From: a virus
Reading direction: 5' to 3' (one strand)
UHGV virus genome: UHGV-1357920
Length of the DNA stretch: 10,730 nucleotides
Notes under the pieces: model-generated
What the model was told of the DNA's origin: nothing
Databases searched by the model: none
The model's input: only the letters and a program-made list of their open reading frames with translations
Shown here: positions 1 to 5,741 of the stretch, one piece after another
How the letters are laid out: each line of letters starts with the position of its first letter
Position numbering within the stretch: position 1 is the stretch's first letter
Position numbers and translations under genes: made by a program

Positions 1-282
1 AGCGCCATAGCGTGAGCGGTAATTACGCAGGCGCGGGTCGATATATTCAGGGAAGTGGGTATATGTGGCTTTGCGGAATGGTCGGATTGATGTCTGGTAA
101 ATTCGCTCGCGTTCTTCTTTCTCTGCAAGCCATATACAATGGCGAAATTCCTTTTCCTCTTTCGTTTCCTGCGGTAGCGACATTATCCGGTCGTAGTTTT
201 TTCTGAATTTATCCAGCACCTCCGATACGGAATTGCCGGAACAGCGGCGCGCGTCATCCGCACCATACAGAGGCGCTGGCAT
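1..282 (-). CDS. Hypothetical protein, partial (N-terminal 94 codons; 3' end lies beyond the left edge)
   Basis: Hand translation of the minus strand from ATG at 282-280 gives an open frame with no stop to position 1 (MPAPLYGADDARRCSGNSVSEVLDKF...). It is absent from the ORF track, presumably because it has no stop in the window. It lies 23 nt downstream of the DUF669-like gene in the same orientation. The SD is weak (AAGG). No family recognised. Confidence 0.4.
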   Translation of the reverse strand, partial: MPAPLYGADDARRCSGNSVSEVLDKFRKNYDRIMSLPQETKEEKEFRHCIWLAEKEERERIYQTSIRPFRKATYTHFPEYIDPRLRNYRSRYGA

Positions 283-305
283 AATGGGAGCCTTATTTTC
301 AGTAA

Positions 306-893
306 TCAGAAAGCAGGGTAATCGTTCTGGCTGTAACCATAATCATCTGCATGATTCTGGCTTACGTTTTTAGAGCGATTGTCTTTATCTTTGAGATTGG
401 CAACCATGTTGGCGATAGTTTCTGGTTGCTTGCCTTCTGCCTTTTCTTTAAGGGTTTGACCTGTTTGTGCAATAAACGGGATGCGTATTTCCATCTGGTA
501 GCTGTCTGCGCCAGTCTTTTTGTTTGTGGTTAATACTTTCTGGAGCACTAACCCGATTTTCTTTCCATGAAATTCAGGTGCAACAAATTTACTGGCGGAA
601 ACCATATGCTGCGTTAATTGTCCAATCCCGGCACACCCCATCATGGCGTGAACGACATTTGCGCCAAATTTGTTTTCCGTTCCGTCATTTTTCTGAACAC
701 AGACGCTAAGATATTGGATTTTACGTCCGTCGTCGGATTCTCCAGAAAACTCAATAAATTTGGCTCCTTTTTCTGATTGCTTTAGTTCTGCTTCAGTAAT
801 GGTAATGATATGGGCGCCAGTTTCGTTAATAAAACCACCTTGCCCTGCGGTCAGTGCTGCTTCTTCGTTATAAGTAAAAATCACGTTGCTCAT
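306..893 (-). CDS. Phage SSB-like protein (DUF669-type partner of Sak4), 195 aa
   Basis: ORF of 195 aa whose ATG (893-891) overlaps the stop of the upstream Walker-A ATPase (ATGA overlap), implying translational coupling. The C-terminus ends in an acidic/aromatic tail (...DDYGYSQNDYPAF) reminiscent of the SSB C-terminal tip. The family call rests on gene context (Sak4-type ATPases are usually paired with a DUF669/SSB-like gene), not on a search. Confidence 0.5.
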   Translation of the reverse strand: MSNVIFTYNEEAALTAGQGGFINETGAHIITITEAELKQSEKGAKFIEFSGESDDGRKIQYLSVCVQKNDGTENKFGANVVHAMMGCAGIGQLTQHMVSASKFVAPEFHGKKIGLVLQKVLTTNKKTGADSYQMEIRIPFIAQTGQTLKEKAEGKQPETIANMVANLKDKDNRSKNVSQNHADDYGYSQNDYPAF

Positions 894-1570
894 GCGGCGT
901 TTTCCTTAATTTGATGAACATTATTGATGCCGTAGTAATCACAAACAGTGGCATCGACGAAAGAGAGATCGTTATCAATCTCATTGGAATCAAACATTCC
1001 CATTGGGGATTTGACAGTGTCTGCACCGTTGTTTTTCGTGGTGAAAAAGAACTGGTCATCGCGGGTAAGAGTGCGAAGAACTATAGTAAACATGCCTTCG
1101 ACAGTGATTTTCTCGTCCAGCATTTTGCCGATAGTTTTCATTTTCACGCGCCCCATAGGGGTTTCTTCGGTATGTGCAAGAAAATAGACTCTCAGGTCAT
1201 CAGGTGCATCCTGTGCAGCCTTAATCACCTCCCATGCGTGGCGGCCTATCTCAGTAAATTTATCAAACGATTTTTCTTCTGAGCGGCGCATAAACTCATT
1301 GCTCATCACATACTGGAAGTCATCAACAATAACGATTCTTTTTCCGTATTCGTGAGCACGCTTAATTACAGCAACTATTACGTCCCATTTGTCAGTGGTA
1401 ACTACGGTTCCTTTTTTTGCTCTGGCATCCCATGCAAGCCAGTCTTTTGATTTAAATGGTAGCGGCTTGCCTATTGGTTTTATAAGTATTGCTTCCTCTG
1501 GATTGATATTTCTCATGCTGGTTGATTTTCCGGTGCCAGATTCACCGAGTATTAATGTCGCAGTTCCCAT
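890..1570 (-). CDS. Sak4-like RecA-fold recombination ATPase (AAA_24-type), 226 aa
   Basis: Walker A GESGTGKST at residues 9-17 and Walker B-like IVIVDD; size and N-terminal P-loop topology fit phage Sak4-type single-strand annealing ATPases. SD GAGG 5 nt upstream of the ATG. It occupies the position of lambda bet/exo in the pL operon. Confidence 0.65.
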   Translation of the reverse strand: MGTATLILGESGTGKSTSMRNINPEEAILIKPIGKPLPFKSKDWLAWDARAKKGTVVTTDKWDVIVAVIKRAHEYGKRIVIVDDFQYVMSNEFMRRSEEKSFDKFTEIGRHAWEVIKAAQDAPDDLRVYFLAHTEETPMGRVKMKTIGKMLDEKITVEGMFTIVLRTLTRDDQFFFTTKNNGADTVKSPMGMFDSNEIDNDLSFVDATVCDYYGINNVHQIKENAA

Positions 1571-1578
1571 AATTTGCC

Positions 1579-1767
1579 TCAGAATGGTAATTCGGATGGG
1601 CAGGAAAGAAATTCGCGCTCATTCATGCGCTCTCTTTGCGCCTGCCATAAACAAAGTTGTTTCTTTGATTTATCTCCCGCTTTACGCCAGTAACGAGCCT
1701 CAGCAATGTGATATTCTCTTTTTAATCGACTTAACTCTGGAGTTTTCGCCAGTTCTACCGGAATCAT
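1579..1767 (-). CDS. Small hypothetical protein (62 aa from ATG 1767; ORF track gives 1579..1779)
   Basis: The ATG at 1767-1765 is preceded by GGAGG at 5-nt spacing and overlaps the kil-like stop (ATGA). The earlier ATG at 1779 has no SD. No family recognised. Confidence 0.45.
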   Translation of the reverse strand: MIPVELAKTPELSRLKREYHIAEARYWRKAGDKSKKQLCLWQAQRERMNEREFLSCPSELPF

Positions 1768-1877
1768 TTTGACCTCCATTTTCTGTAGGCTTCTACGGCT
1801 TCACGAAACATCTTTTCATCGCCAATAAAAGTGGCGATAGTGAATTTAGTCTGGATAGCCATAAGTGTTTTATCCAT
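1764..1877 (-). CDS. kil: Kil-like small protein (37 aa)
   Basis: Internal start of track ORF 1764..2003, giving MDKTLMAIQTKFTIATFIGDEKMFREAVEAYRKWRSK. It has an AGGAG SD at 8-nt spacing, and its start overlaps the 3' end of cIII, as lambda kil does. The N-terminal sequence resembles what I recall of lambda Kil; this is memory only and the protein is shorter than lambda Kil (47 aa). Confidence 0.5.
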   Translation of the reverse strand: MDKTLMAIQTKFTIATFIGDEKMFREAVEAYRKWRSK

Positions 1878-2010
1878 TTTTGGGAACTCCTGGCTGATTA
1901 AGTATGTCGATAAGGCGTTTCCATCCATCACGTAATTTACGTGTGATTCGTTCAAGTAAAGATTCGGAAGGGCAGCCAGCAACAGGCCACCCTGCAATGG
2001 CATATTGCAT
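1870..2010 (-). CDS. cIII: CIII (FtsH inhibitor that stabilises CII), 46 aa
   Basis: MQYAIAGWPVAGCPSESLLERITRKLRDGWKRLIDILNQPGVPKNG matches lambda CIII as I remember it almost residue for residue, but ends 8 aa earlier. Strong SD AAGGAG precedes the ATG at 2010. The 80-aa track ORF (1870..2112) is an N-terminal over-extension into the terminator region. Confidence 0.8.
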   Translation of the reverse strand: MQYAIAGWPVAGCPSESLLERITRKLRDGWKRLIDILNQPGVPKNG

Positions 2011-2071
2011 GGTGTGCTCCTTATTTATACATAACGAAAAACGCCTCGAGTGAAGCGTTATTGGTATGCAT

Positions 2072-2097
2072 ATAAAAAAGCCCTCACACTGGAGGGC
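2072..2097 (-). terminator. Rho-independent terminator (minus strand) upstream of cIII
   Basis: Stem GCCCTC (2080-2085) / GAGGGC (2092-2097) with a 6-nt loop; on the minus strand it is followed by a U6 run (plus-strand A-run 2074-2079). A second weaker hairpin, AACGC/GCGTT (2040-2059) followed by U4 on the minus strand, sits just downstream. Confidence 0.6.
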
Positions 2098-2203
2098 AAA
2101 GAAGATTTCCAATAATCAGAACAAGTCGGCTCCTGTTTAGTTACGAGCGACATTGCTCCGTGTATTCACTCGCTGGAATGAATACACAGTGCTTATTCGC
2201 AGC

Positions 2204-2530
2204 CTACATAATCATTCCGGTTATTATTACCATTTCAATATCACTATCTTTCATAATGATTGGAGTTGAGTTATCAACTTTACTTTTACTCCATTTTCCT
2301 GCATCAGTTTTTACCGCTCCACAATAAGAAAGCCAATCATCATCACAATGTTCTGGATCACTAATTCTGACAAGAACACGTGATAGTGCTTTTTCGATAC
2401 TTTCATCACAATTAGCATTTGTGTAATTGCCGTGAGACGATTTCAAATCGTTAACTTCATCTTCATTGGCATCAAAAATATAGATTTCAGTCGACTCTGG
2501 AACATTTTCATAAACCATTAAAACTTTCAT
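2204..2530 (-). CDS. Hypothetical acidic, Cys-containing cytoplasmic protein, 108 aa (AT-rich gene)
   Basis: Intact ORF with a GGGG SD 5 nt from the ATG. The sequence is visibly AT-rich relative to the core phage genes. Acidic protein with three Cys; no motif recognised. Confidence 0.55.
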   Translation of the reverse strand: MKVLMVYENVPESTEIYIFDANEDEVNDLKSSHGNYTNANCDESIEKALSRVLVRISDPEHCDDDWLSYCGAVKTDAGKWSKSKVDNSTPIIMKDSDIEMVIITGMIM

Positions 2531-2552
2531 TTTTACCCCATATTGTTTATGC

Positions 2553-2579
2553 CAAAAATAAAGGCCGACTATGCGGCCT
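2553..2579 (-). terminator. Rho-independent terminator (minus strand) after the 149-aa membrane-protein gene
   Basis: Stem AGGCCG (2562-2567) / CGGCCT (2574-2579), loop ACTATG; on the minus strand it is followed by UUUAUUUUU (plus 2553-2561). Confidence 0.7.
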
Positions 2580-2583
2580 GAAA

Positions 2584-3033
2584 TTACTTAACCAATGATG
2601 CTGCATATTCGATAAGGTAAAGCTTTGGGGCCAGCCAAATTTTTAACCAAGTCATATTGGTTACTGCACCAATAATAAAAATCCCCCACAGAGTCAAAAC
2701 TCCAACCAATGGCACGATAAGAAGATTAATATCACCTTTGCTATCCCAAACCATTGTCGGCCTGTATTTGGGATTTCCTTTCTCCCATGAATATCCTTCA
2801 TCACCGATTTTACCTGTTTCAACTCTTTGCCACTGCTTCTTCATAAACCATAAAACCAGAGGGATTGTTAGAATGGCCATTAATGTTTTAATCAGACTGT
2901 CAACAATATTCCATAGCAGCAACTGATGAACAACATCAGGAATCTGTGCCTGGCTAAATGAAACAGCCGCGTCTATTCCATTGCTGGCTTTTTGCAGTAG
3001 TTCTACGAGAATCTTGTTTGCTTGTTCTTCCAT
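2584..3033 (-). CDS. Hypothetical two-TM inner-membrane protein, 149 aa (AT-rich gene)
   Basis: Intact ORF with SD AAGGTG. Two hydrophobic helices (about LIKTLMAILTIPLVLWFM and INLLIVPLVGVLTLWGIFIIGAV). AT-rich; its own terminator lies immediately downstream. No family recognised. Confidence 0.6.
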   Translation of the reverse strand: MEEQANKILVELLQKASNGIDAAVSFSQAQIPDVVHQLLLWNIVDSLIKTLMAILTIPLVLWFMKKQWQRVETGKIGDEGYSWEKGNPKYRPTMVWDSKGDINLLIVPLVGVLTLWGIFIIGAVTNMTWLKIWLAPKLYLIEYAASLVK

Positions 3034-3179
3034 ATATCACCTTAAATAGTGGATTGCGGTAGTAAAGATTGTGCCTGTCTTTTAACCACATCAGGCTCGG
3101 TGGTTCTCGTGTACCCCTACAGCGAGAAATCGGATAAACTCTATTCACCCCCTACAGAGAGAATGATGGAGATTCACCG

Positions 3180-3719
3180 ATGAGTAACTGGTGGCAGGAA
3201 CTATTACGTTTCTTCCTGCGTGGTCTTACGCTACAACAGTTAATTCATATGCTTATTATTTTAATTGCCTTGATAATAATCACCCCCGCATCAATTAAAG
3301 AGTGGGTAGATATAAGGAACCCAGAAATACTTCCAGATCACTGGATGTATTACGCAATGCTTTTGTGTATCAGTTATGTTCTGAACAGGGTGATGGAGTT
3401 TATATTTCTGGCATCTTCAGACAGATATAAAAAATATCTCAGTAAGAGAGATGAGGCTAAAGTAATTGTGGAGACTGAGCGCCTGTTCAATTCTCTGAGT
3501 ATTCAGGAAAAAGAGGTTTTAGCATTTGCTGTTATGGCAAATAACAAAATCGTACTTAAGCACGGCGATCCGGTCGCTTTATCTCTTATGAGAAAAGGCC
3601 TTCTCCATCGCTCAGGTGTGACTTACAGCGCGTCAGGTAAAGAGAAATTTGTTATACCTGACGTCTGGTTCCATGAGTGTTATATGCGCTTTGCTGGTAA
3701 AGCTGATGAGCTAATTTAG
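3180..3719 (+). CDS. sieB: SieB-like superinfection exclusion membrane protein, 179 aa
   Basis: Plus-strand ORF embedded among leftward pL-operon genes and convergent with N (its 3' end is 22 nt from the N stop), the arrangement I recall for lambda sieB. N-terminal hydrophobic helices (LIHMLIILIALIIITPA; YYAMLLCISYVLNRVMEFIFLA); SD GGAG 8 nt upstream. The call is based on position and membrane topology, not on a verified alignment. Confidence 0.5.
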   Translation: MSNWWQELLRFFLRGLTLQQLIHMLIILIALIIITPASIKEWVDIRNPEILPDHWMYYAMLLCISYVLNRVMEFIFLASSDRYKKYLSKRDEAKVIVETERLFNSLSIQEKEVLAFAVMANNKIVLKHGDPVALSLMRKGLLHRSGVTYSASGKEKFVIPDVWFHECYMRFAGKADELI

Positions 3720-3725
3720 TTCCTC

Positions 3726-3753
3726 GACGGCGGGGGATCGTCACCTCGCCGTC
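3726..3753. terminator. GC-rich hairpin at the convergent sieB-like / N junction (possible bidirectional terminator)
   Basis: Inverted repeat GACGGCG (3726-3732) / CGCCGTC (3747-3753), extendable to about 10 bp with a G-U pair. It overlaps the N stop codon and is followed on the plus strand by a partly T-rich tract (AGTTGTTTGGATTT). Confidence 0.4.
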
Positions 3754-4124
3754 AGTTGTTTGGATTTCCGGTAGCCTGCCGCGTAAATGGCTACGTTTGG
3801 AAGACATACACCAGTTTCTGGTTGCTTATGTCCAAACTCATTCGCGTACACAATGGCCGCTCGCTCCAGATTGCGTCTGTATTCTTTCTGTTGCCAGATC
3901 ACGTCCTGTGCCATGAACTTAATTGGCTTAGCGTCTTCTATGCGCTCAGGCGTTTCGTGAGTACCTTTAGCCTGAATCTGCGCTCTGCTTAGAGTAGGGC
4001 GGTGTAATACTTCTGAACTTATTGCTTCTTCGCGGGCCAGCACGCCGTTAGCTAATGCCTTTGCCTTTAAACGCTCACGACGACGAGAACGTGAATTGCC
4101 TTTGAACTGAGTTCTGCGTGTCAT
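3741..4124 (-). CDS. N: N-type transcription antiterminator, 127 aa
   Basis: N-terminal arginine-rich motif (GNSRSRRRERLKAKALANG). The C-terminus ...AIYAAGYRKSKQLTAR closely resembles the C-terminus of P22 gp24/N as I recall it. SD AGGAGG upstream; a P22-type boxB lies in the leader. This is the first gene of the leftward early operon. Confidence 0.8.
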   Translation of the reverse strand: MTRRTQFKGNSRSRRRERLKAKALANGVLAREEAISSEVLHRPTLSRAQIQAKGTHETPERIEDAKPIKFMAQDVIWQQKEYRRNLERAAIVYANEFGHKQPETGVCLPNVAIYAAGYRKSKQLTAR

Positions 4125-4289
4125 ATAGACCTCCTGATGAACTTTGGTGGTGTGGTAGGTGGGAGACCCATTTCGACCTGTTTCGGCCTACTTCAATTCG
4201 GCAATAGTCCCGCAGGCCTCGCCGCTTTACGTGCGACATATTCCCGTCCATGAACCCTTCACCACACCCCAAAGTTCACTTTGGTTATT

Positions 4290-4304
4290 GCGCTTTGTCA
4301 GCGC
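4290..4304 (-). promoter_or_regulatory. nutL boxB hairpin (GCGCUGACAAAGCGC on the transcript)
   Basis: Plus-strand gcgctttgtcagcgc is the reverse complement of GCGCTGACAAAGCGC, which matches the P22 nutL boxB as I remember it. It sits about 60 nt downstream of the proposed pL start and about 165 nt upstream of the N start codon. No convincing boxA (CGCTCTTA-like) was found next to it. Confidence 0.7.
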
Positions 4305-4372
4305 CGTAGATTCATATTCGAATCGTTGTATATTCACCGCCCTGGTGAGTAGTGCGTCCTGCTGATGGGTGA

Positions 4373-4416
4373 ACTTTATCGAAATGATAAATTAATGGCA
4401 ATAGCAAAATGATAAA
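4373..4416 (-). promoter_or_regulatory. pL promoter with OL operators (17-bp TTTATC-N5-GATAAA palindromes)
   Basis: OL1 at 4375-4391 is the perfect palindrome TTTATCgaaatGATAAA; OL2 at 4400-4416 is AATAGCaaaatGATAAA. On the minus strand the candidate -35 is TTGCCA (plus 4401-4396), followed by a 17-nt spacer and -10 TAAAGT (plus 4378-4373). The layout closely mirrors PR on the other side of cI. Confidence 0.5.
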
Positions 4417-4596
4417 TTTTCTTGGTTTTCAAATATCGTATTGATTCTTATGGTGTTTTATTTTGTTGTAGGAATTCGACAGGATAAATAAAGAGATTTG
4501 AGGGAGATCTGGATTGCGTTGTTTAGCAAGTTGTATCTATCAATTTTTCAACAAATACAATTGGTTATGTGTTTTTAGGTGTGGGGATCGTCAGGC

Positions 4597-4622
4597 AAAG
4601 AAAACCCGGCGCGGAAGCCGGG
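4597..4622 (-). terminator. Rho-independent terminator (minus strand) ending the cI / 341-aa-gene transcript (lambda tImm equivalent)
   Basis: Stem CCCGGC (4605-4610) / GCCGGG (4617-4622), loop GCGGAA; followed on the minus strand by UUUUCUUU (plus 4597-4604). It lies 14 nt past the stop of the 341-aa gene. Confidence 0.7.
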
Positions 4623-4635
4623 GTTAGATTTTCTG

Positions 4636-5661
4636 TTATGGGCGAGTGATGGTTGATGCGTTTCCGTTTTCTATTACACCTGCTCGTATCGTGTAGCTTC
4701 CCAAGATTTTTACTGTCCTGTTTTCTTTCATTGCATCAAACAGTATGGCGATCTCGTCTTTATCATCTATGAACGACGTGTCCACCGAAACAGGGAAACT
4801 GTCTTCACTAGATGGTTCGCGGCAGCTTAGGGTTATCTTTTCCGCAGTACGCTTGATTCCATCAATGACTAATTCAAGGTTTCTTTCTTCTTTTTTTGCT
4901 TTTTCGATAGGGTTTTTGATTAGTTCGTGGATTTCTTTGTTAGACAGTTCAACTGTGCTTGCGCCTGATATGACAATTTTGTCAGCATCAGACGCGCCTT
5001 TTAATACCCCTGTATACGCTTTTGCAGTATGCTCTTGAATCCCTTCGGCGCGCTCTACTGCATCTATGCCCGCTTTAGCTCTAATCGCCTCAAGCATTCC
5101 GTCCCTTAATATCGTCATGCGCTCGTTTTCTGATTTAATCTTGGCTTCTTCGAGCTTTGTTTCTTCTTGCTTGACTTCTACTTCGGCTTTTTTCTCTAAG
5201 TATGATGTACCAACCCATGCACCGCCTATAACGGTGACAGCAAACAAGAAGCATAATGTTTTTTGGCTAGGACTCATACCGTGTGTTACCTTCTCAAAGG
5301 CTTTACCGAATGCTTCAAAAAGCTCTGTTAATGCAGCAAGTATATCAGTACAACCTTCATTAATGGTAAAGATGATCTCTGCTTCTTCTTTATCTTTACC
5401 GGTTAACCTTTGAAGGTTGTCAGTTTTATATTTTATTAGTGTGAAAACTTTATAAATTTCAGTCTGAAATTCGCATAAACCCTGAGCTAGAGGAGATGGA
5501 AGCGTTCCGTTGTAGCGAGAAGGATCACCATAAATCTTAAAATTCACATTATTGAAGAGGTCTAACTTGATCCTGTCGATAGTGATCTCTTCGCCACCAT
5601 CTAACCTTGCAAACAAAGATTCAATGTCGTCCAGACTTGAAACATTAATAATATCTTTCAT
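4636..5661 (-). CDS. Hypothetical 341-aa single-pass membrane protein in the cI-downstream (rexAB-equivalent) slot; candidate lysogen-expressed exclusion/defence protein
   Basis: Intact ORF with SD AGGTG 5 nt from the ATG, immediately downstream of and co-oriented with cI. One predicted TM helix (about LCFLFAVTVIGGAWVGTSYL), a soluble N-terminal region of about 130 aa and a K/E-rich, probably helical, C-terminal region. AT-rich; followed by a strong terminator. No known motif recognised. Confidence 0.75.
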   Translation of the reverse strand: MKDIINVSSLDDIESLFARLDGGEEITIDRIKLDLFNNVNFKIYGDPSRYNGTLPSPLAQGLCEFQTEIYKVFTLIKYKTDNLQRLTGKDKEEAEIIFTINEGCTDILAALTELFEAFGKAFEKVTHGMSPSQKTLCFLFAVTVIGGAWVGTSYLEKKAEVEVKQEETKLEEAKIKSENERMTILRDGMLEAIRAKAGIDAVERAEGIQEHTAKAYTGVLKGASDADKIVISGASTVELSNKEIHELIKNPIEKAKKEERNLELVIDGIKRTAEKITLSCREPSSEDSFPVSVDTSFIDDKDEIAILFDAMKENRTVKILGSYTIRAGVIENGNASTITRP

Positions 5662-5741
5662 TACAACACCTTCGGCACAACCTTGCTAGTTAAATTAGTG
5701 ATTATAAAAATTGGATACTTACCAGCTATGTGACGATGAAG

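Noticed and set aside
12-206. 64-aa plus-strand ORF at the left edge
   Set aside because: It is antisense to the longer uninterrupted minus-strand frame (1..282) that continues the leftward operon, and it has no convincing SD. Most likely a shadow ORF.
911-1772. Plus-strand ORFs 911..1282, 948..1187 and 1389..1772
   Set aside because: All are antisense to the Sak4-like and small leftward genes, which have motifs, SDs and translational coupling. Treated as shadow ORFs.
1870-2112. 80-aa ORF as the full cIII gene
   Set aside because: The extension upstream of MQYAIAG runs into the terminator hairpin (2072-2097) and lacks an SD, whereas the internal ATG at 2010 has a strong AAGGAG SD and gives the canonical CIII N-terminus.
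4305-4372. Search for a canonical boxA (CGCTCTTA-like) upstream of the nutL boxB
   Set aside because: No close match was found by eye on the minus strand between pL and boxB. The element may be divergent, so I do not annotate it.
4745-5413. Plus-strand ORFs 4745..5038 and 5066..5413 inside the 341-aa gene
   Set aside because: They are antisense to the long minus-strand ORF, which has an SD and a terminator. Low-complexity, Ser/Leu-rich translations typical of antisense frames.
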